64,000 nt of DNA, taken from Spizellomyces punctatus DAOM BR117. Taxonomy: Eukaryota. The DNA is taken from the NCBI GenBank assembly GCA_000182565.2, contig KQ257463.1, one strand, 5' to 3'. The notes beneath the pieces are model-generated. The model searched no databases and was not told where the DNA came from. It saw only the letters and a program-made list of their open reading frames with translations. Both the position numbers and the translations under genes were made by a program. Positions 1 through 13,811 of this stretch are shown piece by piece; positions within the stretch are counted from its first letter, which is position 1, and each line of letters begins with the position of its first letter.

Positions 1-562
1 TCATTATAATAGCGATTTAGCAGATCATGCTAGCCGGCGGAGTGACAAGCGATAGCTAGCTGATTGCCGAGTCCGATAACCGACGCCATTGGTGCCATAT
101 ATATATATACGGGCGTTTTTCCCCGTCCGCCTTTGGTATGATACAATGAAACTGGTAATCGTACAGAACAGGAGATTCTGGAATCGAGGGTTCTGAGGAT
201 TTGTTTATATTCATTTCTTATTGCCATGGCAACAAACTAAGCCTTGTCTGCGCGCACGTTGTCTATTTATCCATTTTTGAATGGCCGCTGAAGTACTGCT
301 AATAAGGTTTGGGGTTTGAAGCCCCCGTCGGTTTTCCTTTGCCGTTTTTTTTCATCTTTCATTTTGGGAGATTTGCATTGCGAGACGATTTCGAGATCAA
401 GTCCTAGAGGGTTGTTCACCCTTCTTCTCCTTGCTCTCTTTTGAAGAGGTACCCCTCGCCTATGACGTAGAACGCGTCACACCGTGTCCATCGTCTAAAA
501 ACGGTTTGTAGGTTTGTCCAGCTTTTGTCCCTCCCCAGGAATCCTTCTCCTCCCCGCATACC

Positions 563-2162
563 ATGTGCCATACAGGCAAGACGGCGACAGCCACGGCTGT
601 AAGGCGGCACGCCATCTTTACTCGAAAGGAGATTGAGGACCGCGTTAAGCAGGGAGAGATTTTGGTCATTATCAACAGCAAGGTGTACAACTTGACCAAG
701 TTTATCAACCACCATCCGGGTGGTGACTTGGCGATTTGGCATATGGCGGGTAAGTGCTGACGATACGCATAATGGTCTCTAGGGATCAATAAAGCTGTAT
801 GATTGAATCAATGTGGTCACTTGCCTGACATGCTTTGACACTAGGCAAAGACGCAACGGACGCGGTCCTTGCGTACCATCCTGAACCAGTGATAGAGAAG
901 CGTATGCCACATTTTTGCATCGGGGAGTTAGCACCGAATACTCAACATGCCAGCAAACTTTCTCTGGCGTATCGAAGACTGGATGCAAAGTTGAAAGCCG
1001 AAGGAATGTATGAAACAAATTACTGGTTTTACGTTCGTGAAGCCGTCAAAATGTTGGCAATCTGGTTTGCGATGATCGGACTAGTTGTCTGGGGTCCGCA
1101 GCACTGGATGACATACGCGGCGAGTGCATTGTTGGGTTCGACCTTGTGGCATCAAGCAGCGTTTGTAGCGCACGATGGTATGTTCTTCACTCAGACCAGA
1201 CACGGTATTGAATGGTAATAACATTCTCTTTGTGTTTCCAGCCGGCCACAGCGGAATAACACACGATGCCAAAACCGACATGATCCTTGGAATTTGCCTA
1301 GGAAACTTCCTTGGTGGACTCAGTCTTGGATGGTGGAAACACAACCACAATGTCCACCATATTGTCACAAACGACCCTTCACACGATCCCGACATTCAAC
1401 ACATGCCATTCTTTGCCATCTCTACCAAATTCTTTCAAAACCTCTATTCCACCTACTACAAACGCGTACTGAACTTTGACGCTGCCGCGCAATTCTTCAT
1501 ATCCATCCAACATCATCTCTTCTACCTTATCCTGTGCTTTGGCAGATTCAATCTCTACGTTCTCGGATGGTCATATGTCCTTCGCAAAGGCCCGGTTCCC
1601 CACCGAAAACTGGAAATTACATGCATGTCCCTATTCTGGGCATGGTTCATCCCGCTGCTGTCTTATTTACCTAATTGGAAATATCGCGTAGCCTACATTC
1701 TCTTGTCACACATGATGACCGTCTTTTTACACCTGCAAATTACGTTGAGCCATTTTGGAATGGAGGCTCAAGAGAATCCTCAGGACGATTTTGCGGCGAT
1801 GGCCTTGAAAACCACGATGGATGTCGAGTGTCCTATCTGGATGGATTGGTTCCATGGGGGATTACAAGTATGTTTTTTGTTTGCCTGGCATAAACTTATT
1901 TGTGTGTTTGAAATTGGTTTGACATTACATCTATCGATAGTTCCAAGTCGAGCATCACCTGTTTCCCCGCCTCCCTCGCCACAATCTCCGGAAGATCCGT
2001 CCGCACGTTCTAAAGTTAGCCAAGGACCATAATCTACCGTTCCATAGCTACGGCTTTATCAAGAGCAATCAAGTCGTTTTGGCTGTTTTACAAAGTGTAG
2101 CTCATCAAGTACGAGCCGTGTTACGGGTGGATCCGAGGACGGCGCATGCCCATGCCCTCTGA
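563..2162 (+). CDS. SLD1: Cytochrome b5-fused front-end desaturase, probably sphingolipid delta-8 desaturase (4 exons: ~563-749, 845-1177, 1242-1867, 1941-2162)
   Basis: Cyt-b5 HPGG motif. His boxes HDAGH (across intron 2), WWKHNHNVHH and FQVEHHLFP. GT-AG introns restore the frame, ending at TGA 2160-2162. Confidence 0.85.
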
Positions 2163-2554
2163 GCACTTTGTGTTGGTTAATGTTTGTGGTTTTTGTGATT
2201 TGTATGCTGCTAGGAATGGACCCGCTACAATATTTTGTAATCCTTTTCAATGTTATCGATAATTATTTTTTTATGTAACATGTCTGAAAGACAGAAAGTG
2301 TACACAAGTCCTGCACTAAGTGACATCATTTCAAAACACCTATCATCAACCAAGAAAAATGCAATTTTCTGTCACAGCACAGAACTAGAGGAATACGAAA
2401 AGGAATGGATACAGGAAAAATAAAAAAAGTGGCTGACTCCCCTCCGAAATTTGTATTTCGCATCCAGAGCGTAAAGGGGTCGTCCGTCTAACTCCAAAAC
2501 CAGGTTCAAGTGGCTCGCCGAGTGTCCCCCGTTGACCAAGATTATCCATCATCA

Positions 2555-5500
2555 TCATCGACGATAAGGATTATATCGATCCCCCTTCCTCTCCCGGTCC
2601 CTATCACCCCTTCCTCGCTCCCTTTCCCTTCCCTTATCCCGCTCTCTGTCCCTCTCATCTCGTCCGCGCTCTCTTTTCCTATCGCGCTCCCAGGAGCGAT
2701 CCCGCCGAGAGTTATCGCGAGTCCGACTGTGGCTTCGGCTTCTACTCCGGCTTCGGCTGGGGCTCCGACTGGGACTTTTGCTCTTTCGGGGTTTTACAAT
2801 ATCTTGTTTTTTTGGTATCTTGTACTTTTCGCCGAGATTCGCCAAAATCCCGTTTCGACCGTTTTCATGACGTTTGGGGGGTGGAGCACCCGAAGGTGAC
2901 AATACGTCTTCTCGCTCCCGTTTTCGCCTATGCGTTGACGGTGTGTTTTCTGAGGCTAAATCCTCTTTGAGGGGAGAATGACGCTTAGAATGTGCGGTAG
3001 GTGTATCACCGTCGCGATCGCCACGCTTGCGTTTGGCGGCCGCCGGAGCAGGCGACTCCAATTTCGCATCGCCATGTTGTCCATTTTGCTGCTCTTTTTC
3101 ATCACTCTTTTCTTTCCCAGCATGGGCTATTTCCCACAACTTTCGTAGTGTTTCCCAGTCCTCGCATGTCCCATCCGCTTTCGTCCAAAAGAAGTTATCG
3201 GCAATAAACCTAAACAGATGCGCTTGAATACGTTGTTTTTTGATTGGCGTCCTCTCTTTTGCTACGTAATCCTCAATCAGTGAGCACACCGCCAAAAACT
3301 CATTCTTGGCACGATCTAGCTTCCATTGGGTTTGCTTCCGTTCCCTGACGTCTGGATCGTCTTCCTCAAAGGCAGGAGGGCCACGCAGTCTGAGCATTTG
3401 GTCTTTGACAGGACGCAGCATCTGTTTATACTTTGACTCGTCATAGTCCGTGAAGAGATCCGACTCTGCACGGTCCTTCTTTTCAGCTACTTCGCTAGTT
3501 CTGCTCTTCTTTTTCGGTCGTGGCGACTTGTCTGCAGGCTCCGCCTCCGTTTTGCTGTTTTTCACCCGGACGACCCCATTTCCGCTCTTTGCACTTTCCC
3601 TGGCACGTTTCTTTGAATTCGTCTTTTCGCGGGCCAACCGAATATTATTCTGCCGCGTTTGCAGTTCTTTAAGCAGATACATGGCGCGTCGATCGAGATG
3701 GAGCTTTTTGGGCAGTAACTTGTCCTTCTGGTCTGAACTCCGCTCGCCTCCGAGATGAAACTTTTTGGCAAAGCCTAGCTCTGCATCTGCCTGTATTGCT
3801 CTCCAATTTCCAAAACCGTGTCGGTACACACCAACTAGGAGCATGGCATCGTCTTTGGTGTTCCATGGAGGTTTCGAGTCCCATTTGCCAGTAAAGCCGA
3901 GATCCGTTTGTTCCAAACGGAACGACAACTGGTTTTTGTGCGATTCCATCTCATCTGTCAGGGCGTTCAGAAGCGGGATTCGCTCAATCATCTTCTTTGC
4001 ATTAATGTCCTTGGTTCCCTTGTAGTCAGCATAAATGGCCTTCTCTTTGTCTGCTTTGGAAGTCTTCTGTCCTTGCGTTGCCTCTTCATTCACGCGCACA
4101 GCCTCCTCACAGGCGGCCATAATCTCTCTGGCGTGCGTCTTAACCGCATCCGCGCTCTTATCTCCAAGGTTGGCATGACTGATAATCTCATCAAATCGTC
4201 TGTCAAGGTCACCCCACGTCATCAAAGCATTCGCCAAATCCCCGATGGCCTTCTTATCGAGTTGGTTGGCTTGGCCGCCCTTTTTTCCTTTACCTTTTGT
4301 AGCCTTCGCGCTCCGCTTACGGGTTCCGATTTCCTCCTCCTCACCCTCCCCTTCGGCATACGAGATTTGAGGTAGCCGCTTCCGAGGTGCTGGCACTTTT
4401 GGTTGGGATTCTTTCAATAGTTCCTCAGCTTCCGCCACTTTGTCTCGATCATTAGCGGGAACAAGCGAGTCCCATTCTAACTGATCCATTTGTACATTCA
4501 TTGTCTTCCACCGTTCCATGAACTCATCACTGCCTCCGGCCACTGGTTGCGCCTGTGCAAGCTCAGTCTTCTCGGCGCGCGCCAAGATATCATCCAGGTC
4601 GAGTTTTTCCACTTTATTGTCATTCGTCTCGCCGTTGGCCCCTGCTTGCTCCGCAGCATCCTGTTCAAATAATTTCTTCGCACCAAACTTCAAAATTGTG
4701 GCCAGCTCATCTCTGGTCGGCTTCTGCAGCTCCTCCGAAAGCTGCTTCTCTTTCTCAATCTTCTCGTACACTTGTCCATTATTTTCCATTTGCTGAATGA
4801 TGGCGTACTCGAGAACCATCTTTCTTTTAGCCCGTTCAATGATATCCTCCTCAATTGATCCAGCAGTGATGAAGCGGTACACATTTACATGTTTCTTTTG
4901 GCCTACAATCACGAACATACATTAGCGTCATTGGATTCAGAGACCGCAAGTTAATTTACAAACGTACCAATCCGATGGGCACGTGCAATAGCTTGCAGAT
5001 CTAAAAAGTAGAATAACGGAAATGTTAGATGCATTAGTGCGATAGTTAGTCAAGTCTAGTTACACGCACCATTTTGCGGGTTCCAATCTAGGTCAAATAA
5101 AATAACAGTGTCGGCAGTCTCCAAATTCAAACCGAGTCCCCCAGCCCTGGTTGACAACAAAAATGCAAAGTCGGTAGACCCGGGGGCATTGAAGTGATCC
5201 ATAGCTCGTTTCCTCGCTTCCGACTGCACGGTACCATCCAAGCGTTGAAATTGTAGTCCCCGAAGCGTCAAATACTCAGCCAAGATATTGAGCATGTTCA
5301 CCATTTGGGAAAAAATAAGCACACGTCGCCCTTCTGCTTTCATACGGGTCAACAACTTATCCAATAAAACCATCTTCCCTGAACTGCTGAGAATATCCAC
5401 AAATGAATCATTCCTGGATGTGGTAAAGTTACGGGCATTCGGGAACAAGAACGGGTGATTGCTAGCCTTCTTCAACTCCATCACCACGTTCTGGAGACTG

Positions 5501-7916
5501 ATTCGTACTTCGTCCTTTGATCCATTCTTCAACCCTGCGAAATTCTTTGTAAAAATAGCGGTGTAATACTTCTTCTGAAGCTCTGACATTGGTATTCGAA
5601 GAATCAGCTCCGTCTTGCCGGGGAGGGAGGTCTCAACATCCTTCTTTAGTCGTCGAAGCATAAGCTTCGTAAGCAGATTGTGCAAGTACTGGATCTTTCC
5701 CTTTTGCTCCTCATTATCTGTCGCGTCGAGGTCAATCTCCAGGTCCATGTCGATACTAGCACCGGGCATCAGGAACTGGATTAAAGCCATAAGCTCCTGT
5801 ACGTTGTTTTGCAGGGGCGTTCCAGTGATCAGCAAGCGGTTGGCAACCATATATTCTTTCGCAAGCGACTGGTGAAGTTTGGAGTCCTCGTTTTTCAATC
5901 GGTGCGCTTCATCTACTGCTAGAAATGCCCATTTGATTTTGTTCAAATGTGCCTTATCTTGTATGATCATCTCATACGTCGTTAAGAGGACATTGAACCG
6001 CAATATCCGCTTTGCAGGACGACCCTTTTTGGCGGTATACGAGTAAAACTCGTATTCTCGAATGATGCTGCGTCCCTTTGCGTTTCCTTGATATAGAACA
6101 ACGTTCATATCTGGTGCCCATCTTGCAAACTCGCGCTGCCATGCGGAGATGGTACCAAGGGGTACGACGACTAGGAATGGCCCGTATACTTTCATAATAT
6201 GGAAGAGATATGAGAGGAACGAAACAGTTTGCACGGTCTTTCCTAAACCCATTTCATCTGCCAAGATCCCGTTTTCGTTCCTATGCCACAGATCCGCCAT
6301 CCAGTTGACTCCAATCAACTGGAACTCTCGGAGTTCACCTCCCACCAAAAAGTCCGCTTCCCGGAAAGGCTTATATGGTGGGCGATGGTCAGGCTTGTAT
6401 TGCTCGCTTCGACTTGGCACTTGCTGACTGTTGGACCGATCCAGGAACGAATCGATCTCGGCCTGATCGTCGGCCAATGACGTTGCTGACTCCCAGGTAC
6501 CTTCCTCGTATCCTAATCCCCGCCACTTACAGTAATACTGCGTGCCGCTCGGGTTGTCCTCATCGGGGCTTACCACGCGACTGGCAATGATACGATCCAC
6601 CTTCTTGTGTTCCTCAAGGAGATCCTTCTTATCGTTGATCTCCATCAATACACGTTCTCTATCTTCTTCAGTGAGATAGGGGTCTTCGAGAATGGCCTGT
6701 CGTTCATTGAACTCTTTGATGAACTTGTCAATCTTTTTGAACCCCTTAAGAGTCTCCAGGTACTGGACGTCACACCACTGCAGTTCCCGATACGAACGAC
6801 CTAGCCACTTGACCAGATATTGACTTTGCTCCACAGCGTTGCCATCTACCATATGTAGCATTTAGAAGGTGTCTTGCTAAGATGAGAAAAAGAGAGACAA
6901 TTGAGGGACATACCTTCGTCTTCAACCTCCACCGTACGTTGGTCGAAAAACCCATCTATCACATCACCTAAGCCAATGCGTCCTGGGTCAGCCAAGTGTT
7001 TACATCGTCACGGCACACGGTTTCCTTACCTTCTTCTTCTGGCGGATATGCTTCCGCATAGACTTCAGGCCCCCTCTCTTCCAAATCAAGCTCTTCGTCC
7101 GCAGCATTTTCATTGTAGTCCAAAGCGGGGTTTCGCTGTCGGGTGGAGTATCGCGGAAAATCATCATCCCACAGGTAAAGGTTCTGCTTTTGTCGCTTCT
7201 TCTTGGCATTTTCTGATTCGAAATCAGAGCCAGACACCTCTTCCTCTTCTGAAAAGTCTCCGATGAAATCGTCTGGGTCCTCTGAAAACAGGATCATCTT
7301 TAGGACCCAGGCGATTAAAACAACTCCATCTGCCGCCTATGCACCTTTGCGGCGATTCATTTGTGCCCGCGATCGTAGCTTGCCTTTGCGTTGTTTGCTC
7401 TTACGCCGTGATCCATAGTCGTCGTCATCCTCCTCATCATCACTCGGACTGCCCTCTTTACCAGCCTAATATAGAGCAGAAAGTTATAACGAAATGCCGA
7501 GTGGTTGTTAGTCCATGCAATAAGAACGACTCACAGCAGTGAAGCGATTCGGTTGCGTCCGCGCTCTGCCCGATCGTCGAAGGCCATACAAATCTGGGTT
7601 TTCTTCAGCGTATGAAAATTCAGATTTACTGGACCGTATTGTACGTTTTCTGTTCCTTGCCGATGGCTTGTCGTCCGCCGAGCTTTCACCTTCAGTGATG
7701 ATCTCATCTTGCTCTGGCTCACTTTCACCTTGAACGTAGTCATCGTCTTCGCTCTTGTGTCCATTCTCGTGGTTATCGCCAGGCTCGCTAAAATCACTTA
7801 GATCATCATCAACATCAATGTCGCCATCCGAACCGGTAGTGGGCCGCCCCGGGATTAGGTCGGCCTCGGGTATCTGTACATCCTCATCGGAGTCGAATAT
7901 GTGATCTGTATCCGAG
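2555..7916 (-). CDS. CHD1: Chromodomain-helicase-DNA-binding protein CHD1/Hrp1-like (multi-exon; first exon/start upstream of 7916 not located)
   Basis: NPDLYGLRRSGR N-terminal motif and two chromodomains (YLVKWLGRSY, YYCKWRGLGYEEGTWE). SNF2 ATPase motifs [16 protein letters not shown] and [18 protein letters not shown]-like WNTKDDAMLLVGVYRHGFGNW. Confidence 0.92.
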
Positions 7917-9093
7917 CTATAGTTACTGTTATGCCGGGCTATATAGAGAGCAATGCAAATGTAGAGGCATCGGTTAGGAAAAGAGTTTCAAAGGACCGCA
8001 CAATAGGGTCTTTAATGGTAATCGGCAATAGATCGCAAACAATGATCATGAAAACCCCTAACCAAGATACGCCCCACCCTAGTCTGCCGAACAGCCAAGC
8101 AGCCTTTCGCCATGAAAACGTCGTCAAAGAGACACCGTACTAAACATCTCGTAAAGCCCTTGCTCGCTTTTCCCCGTACAGTCACCATCGTGCAATGACG
8201 GTGATGCACTGAACAACAACGCTGAAATTCCGCGCAGTAAAAACCGAGCGAAGCCATATAGCCTGTTACCCCAGTAACCATATATCTCTATCTGAAGCTC
8301 CTGCATCGACAAAGTGTCTCTACTAGTGGAACTCCGAACTTTGTCTCACCCATGGCCGATGCCGATGAGTACGCGAGACATGATTGGCAAAAGCCACAAA
8401 CATTTCTTTGCATTTCGCACCTCGTTCGAAAGAGGTTCTCTTGTACTGTCAAGGTGGACTTGGCGCAATACATCGCAAGTGATATCTGCTTGAGCACCAA
8501 CCGCGCAAGACGATGCATATCTGGAGGTTTTTGTGCCAAGGCTACCACGGCCACCGTCTGACACGTTCTCATATGGGCTATGCCAACCTTAGTACCCCGG
8601 TACCATCACCCACCTGTAGGACCCGTTGTGTGTACGTCTGTATTAGTCTGTGGGATGCGTTCTATCGGAGGGGGATCCCCGCTGTTGCTCATGGTGTGGC
8701 TGTGCAGTAAGACCGGGAACGTAAGCGAGTGCTTTGCAAAAAGCGTTCAAAAGGCCGGAAAGGCGACCAGCAAACGGAACGCACAACAAAACGATTGTAA
8801 CACAAAGACTTACTAACACCAATGGGATCTTATAAGGGTTGTATCCTTATATTAGGTAATCAGTTGCACGTGAGCTTATTGTCGGGCATCTAACATGATG
8901 GATGCGATGAAGTATTCTCGACGACAGCAACATCAGAGGAATCTTGTCAAGAAGAGTGTATTTATCAATGAAAAATAAAAAAAGAACAATCGACAGCAAC
9001 ATCTAAAAAGTCTAGTTACAAAAAAATAAGAAAAAGAATAATCTATCAAATTCCCTTTATGCCCCCGCAAGCACGTCCACAAACGCTACTTCT

Positions 9094-10551
9094 TTACCAC
9101 ATTCCAGCAAACGAACCCTTTAGGTTAAGTTGCAGCGGACCACCAGCCGCAAACAACCCGGAGCGTGATGGGTTGTACTTGAGGGTATATATTGCATTCC
9201 GAACATCCGCTCCCTGAAAATGCGCTTCGTACATTGCATCGCGCAAAAGCCACCCTTCACCCGTCTGCAACCAGGCGGTCATGTCAGAAGGGATGCCAGC
9301 CAAGATGGCAGTTGATCCACGGCGGATCCGAGATCGTCTCGCATATCCAGGCGAGAGAGGGGAGGACGCAGACCGAGACAAGGGTGAGGGAGACGATGGG
9401 GTTGACAATGCCGACTGTGATCTGTGCGAGCTTGGCCAAGCAAGATATTTTCCACCGCGCATGTCGTAAAATGATACTCTGCCCTTGCCACCACCTACTG
9501 CAAGGACTGCATTGTCGAAAGCCAGCGATCGCACGCCCCATCCATCATCACAGCTCTCGAATGTGTGGACAACTTGGCCCGCTCGCGGATCAACAAGAGA
9601 AACATGATTCGCGGAACCGATCGCGTAAATGTGCTCACTATCATCGAACGCCAAACAGCAAGTCTCCTCGGTATAACGCAAAGGCACATTAGTGGATGGT
9701 TTAAACTTGTTGGCGTCCCAAATTTTGACAAAACCATCCGTAGAGAGAGTGGCGATGTTGCTTTTTGCAGTATTGTAGAGCATATCCCGTACTTTGCCTC
9801 GGTGTTCACAAGCCGAAACGGTGGCGGAGAGAAGGGATATACGCGGACCATTCAACGGAGAGAGGAACTCTGTCCCACTCTCGGAACAAATCATCCACTT
9901 TTTGACGGTCATATCGCGAGCTCCAGAGACCAGAACGTTATCACTCATCCAGGCCACGGAAAATACCATATCAGTGTGCCCTTGGAGAACTGCAAGAGGT
10001 TCAAATGACGGCAACTTGAAGATTTCAATCGAACCAAGAGGTCTTCCAACCCCGACAGCAATCAACGTTCGTGACGGATTGACGGCCATGCATCGAATTC
10101 CTGTTCCCAAATCTGGCAGCACCTGCCGCTGCATCAGACCCTTTTCTCCGACAGCTTGCTCAGAGCCCCATCCAGGTACGTGAGCTTCCACCAATGGTAT
10201 TTGCACTCTTTTCCCGTTTCCAACATTCAACACGACCAACGCGTTGCATTTTGTTCCCATTACAACGTGATCATCAGATAACCAAGTCGCCGCAAACACC
10301 TTGTCGAGACCCGCGGTATCAAATTCGTGCTCGTCTGTCAATGAGCCTGCCAATTTTCGCGACACATATCTTGCCATATCCGCCTCCAACGAATTGCGAT
10401 GCGTTCTAATCCGCTGTGCCCGTCCTCGTCGAGCCACGCCATTGCACTCGCGAGAATTTAGACATGCGGCAATATTAGAAGGTTCGCTATGCGGGTATGT
10501 CCAGGTGGGTTCAAAGGGTTTCCCCATAAACGGGAGCTTGAAGACGACCAT
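9094..10551 (-). CDS. DCAF12: WD40-repeat DDB1-CUL4-associated factor 12-like protein (intronless, 485 aa)
   Basis: VFAATWL..VMGTKCN, MAVNPSRTL, GHTDMVFSVAW, TGEGWL and the C-terminal LFAAGGPLQLNLKGSFAGMW match DCAF12 signatures as I recall them. Confidence 0.75.
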   Translation of the reverse strand: MVVFKLPFMGKPFEPTWTYPHSEPSNIAACLNSRECNGVARRGRAQRIRTHRNSLEADMARYVSRKLAGSLTDEHEFDTAGLDKVFAATWLSDDHVVMGTKCNALVVLNVGNGKRVQIPLVEAHVPGWGSEQAVGEKGLMQRQVLPDLGTGIRCMAVNPSRTLIAVGVGRPLGSIEIFKLPSFEPLAVLQGHTDMVFSVAWMSDNVLVSGARDMTVKKWMICSESGTEFLSPLNGPRISLLSATVSACEHRGKVRDMLYNTAKSNIATLSTDGFVKIWDANKFKPSTNVPLRYTEETCCLAFDDSEHIYAIGSANHVSLVDPRAGQVVHTFESCDDGWGVRSLAFDNAVLAVGGGKGRVSFYDMRGGKYLAWPSSHRSQSALSTPSSPSPLSRSASSPLSPGYARRSRIRRGSTAILAGIPSDMTAWLQTGEGWLLRDAMYEAHFQGADVRNAIYTLKYNPSRSGLFAAGGPLQLNLKGSFAGMW

Positions 10552-11102
10552 AGTAGTGTGCCAGACCAGACGGGCTATGACCAGCGGACAGCAGGCGATG
10601 CAGTTCCAGAGCGAAAAGGAAATGCACGGAGGGGTATCCTAAATAAATAAATCTTTCTCCACCCGGGCCTTCCGGACAAAACGCCCAACCGGTTGATTCC
10701 AACCCACACCTCCGAAGTTTCAGCGGGGGTTCTGGACTGCGACCCAAAACGAACTCCGACTCAACAAAAAAAATCTGCAATCTCCCCCCATCGCCACCCA
10801 TCCGCTCATGTATCAAATCTGCCTGATAAGTTTCTAAAAATGGAACTTTTTCATTACATATTTGTAGTTGTAACTGCAAATTTTAGTGAGACACGTCAAG
10901 GGTTCGACGCTCGCTCGGTGCAGGCTTCAAGGGGCACCCGAACCCTTTTTTTTTCGGTCCAATATCGCACCATCATTGCAGTCGCTCTGTATTCCACGCA
11001 ATGTCTTTATGAAATCCAAATGGGTATACTAGGCACAGCGATTCTACCACTCACTCTAAGCACTACATATATCATGGTAGGGAAATATGAATAAATTGAC
11101 AA

Positions 11103-13811
11103 CTATAAACTGTGGGGTGATTCCGTCGGCATATTGACAACAGGAGATTGCCCATCATCTTCCAAAATATGTTTTATCATGTGGTACATTACGTTCTTGT
11201 TGCTCCTATAGACTCGAATTAGTTGAAAGCGTGAGCAAAGGACAAGTGTCCGCGACTCACCAGTACGAAAAATGTGCTTTTAGCCCAATTAGATACTGTC
11301 AATATCCTGTTAGGTAAAGTCATAGCACGTTCAATTCAAAAGTGGGGATGCTACCTGCTGAACCACATTGTCAATGATGTTATCCTGCACGTAATAATCC
11401 AATCTCTCGGCTGGCGGCTCGGGAACAGGTAATGATGCGTTTTCACTCGTTTCTGAATCATCAATGTGAGTGGTATTCACGCCTGATCGTGCCTCCGCGT
11501 CTTGGTGAATAAGACGTTTTGCTTCGTCTTTTCCAAGCAATTCTGACATGACCGTCTCGCCCACATCCAGGACCGTTTGTTCCTGATTTGATGGGTCATG
11601 CAAAGTACGCGGTACCGCAGAGCTTCCCTGCCCGACTCGATCTCCAGAGCCCAAATCCGGCGTAGTTGAGCGTGAAACCAACCGATTCTGATCATCTTGG
11701 CTTGTATCTATTTCGCCTCCCTGATATACTTCATCTTCCGCTCCGCCGGCAATCATTTCCAGTGCCTTGACGACTGGTTCAAATAAACTCCGCTTAAATA
11801 CCTCCGCCATGGCGCTCATAGATTCAGTGACGGTTGCAGTATACGAGGACGATCGAGCACGTTCAAAGGCAACGGACTCAGTTGTGGTCTGAACCACAGT
11901 TGACGACTGCTCGTAACCTGCGTGTCTCTCCACAAATTCACCGCGACCTATAGATGTCAGGTCTACAGATGCTCGACGCGACAAAAGTTTCGAAACGGGT
12001 CTTCGTATTCGACGATTGGTACATACTCCCTCAATACTTTGGCTTGAACCAGGCTGCTGAATTGAAGACTTGTCGTGATTGCTGACACTACACGCTCTTT
12101 TCCGTTTGGAGCCTCGTTGCCCTGACTGACGACTTTCATCGGGAACGGTTGCTTCACACAATGTCACCAAGTCGTCTTCGCTTTCCAATTCTGGTCCTTT
12201 CTCCGGTTCTCCTGCTCCACCCTTTATACGCATTCTCTTATTCGGCACCCAACCATTAATTCCGTCATCGGCTGCTCTGGGCTCCTCTCCGCCTTCTTCG
12301 TCTTCTTCATCATCAAATCCACCAGCCCAAACCGAACTGTACATGCTCTCCATCACGGCAAACATTTGCTCTCGCAGTGCGGCGAACTGGGAGAGACTGG
12401 GCACTCCCATACTCCGCGGTAAACTGGGTATCTGGAGCTGAGGCATGGATGGCATTGCAGGCATCATGGGCATAGCCATCGAGGACGGAACGGTAGGTAG
12501 TTGGACGCGGACGGAGGATGCCATGGAGGAAAGGTCCGGGAGGTAGGATGAAATCAATTCTTTATAGTAGTTGAAATTTGAATTTCGTGCGCTTGGGCGT
12601 TGCAGGAGGACTGGTGGAATCTCTGCGTATTGATAATTTAAGAGCGGCTCGATTCGATAAGACTAGATGGAAAGAATTTAGTTGCTTGAACAGTTTTTAG
12701 CATTCACATCAAGATAAATCACTACCAGAGGATCGTACAAATGAAATATATTGTGAAACAGAATGTCTGGTGGTGGTCGGTACGTATGGATTGATTGCCC
12801 TCGCATAATCAGAGTGGCAGGTACAGGAGAGCCCAAGCTAAACAAGGCTGCGGGTCGGAATACCAACTTTGGATAGGAAATGGCAAAATAAGGGCGGGCG
12901 GGTGGTGGTGGCGGTCTTTCCATTGACGGCTCTCGGCTGTTCCCGTTGGAAGCCACCCCGTCCCTCCCTTTCGTGTCCTCCATATTTGAAAGCAAATCGT
13001 AGCAAATGATGCCCCCGAGAGAATGTCCGACCAGGATGACTTTACCATCAAAATCTGGGTGGTCTTGGCAAAACTTTGTATAAGCTTCATTCAACCGCTT
13101 TGCAACAATTTTTAGAATCGTTTGCCCGTGAAATGACGAAAAGTAGTACAATACGTCGGCAAGAATGTCATTATTAATGGTTCGCAGAATGGAGCAGGTG
13201 GGAAGCGTCACAGTCTTCATACGCCTAATGTATATAAGATGAATAAGAGAAAAGGAATCGGCTGCCACCTTTCACTGACACCCACCTGTCAACTGAATCC
13301 ATCTGATGCAGTTCCTGATGCCATTCTAGTTGTCACACACAAGGTTTATCATATCAGTACAAAAATTCAATCGGTCGTAACAGTGAGGACGAACCTATTG
13401 GAACCCATGCTACATGCGTGCGGCGATGTGGGAACTCTTCTTTTACGACCTCCTTACATGCACGACGAAGGGATTCGACTAGAACGAAGACAAGTTTTGA
13501 ACAAGGTACTCCTCGACCTAGTTCACAGCAAACTCTCGACTTACGGTTTTGAACGTAACGCCGTTGCCGGCCCATCCCATGGACAACGAAACAGACATGG
13601 TCGACTGCCATAACAATAAAGGTGAAAGAGAAGAAATACTCGCCATTAGCGACACGCAAGTATGGCAAGCTTCAGCACAACAAACACCCATACCCTTGCT
13701 GGGTTCAGGACCTTGACTCAAACCCGTTGACTCACCACTACCCGATGGTGGCGGTGAAGACGAAATGCTTGGCACTTGCGGTCCAGTGTCCTGTCTACTA
13801 GGTGACCGCAT
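11103..13811 (-). CDS. DDHD-domain phosphatidic-acid-preferring phospholipase A1-like protein (multi-exon; start 13811 or 13611 uncertain)
   Basis: DHVCFVVHGMG, lipase motif GHSLG, FSLGSP, FHNIFHLYDP, RLDY and the terminal AHFSYWSNKNV, with a long low-complexity insert. Confidence 0.8.
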
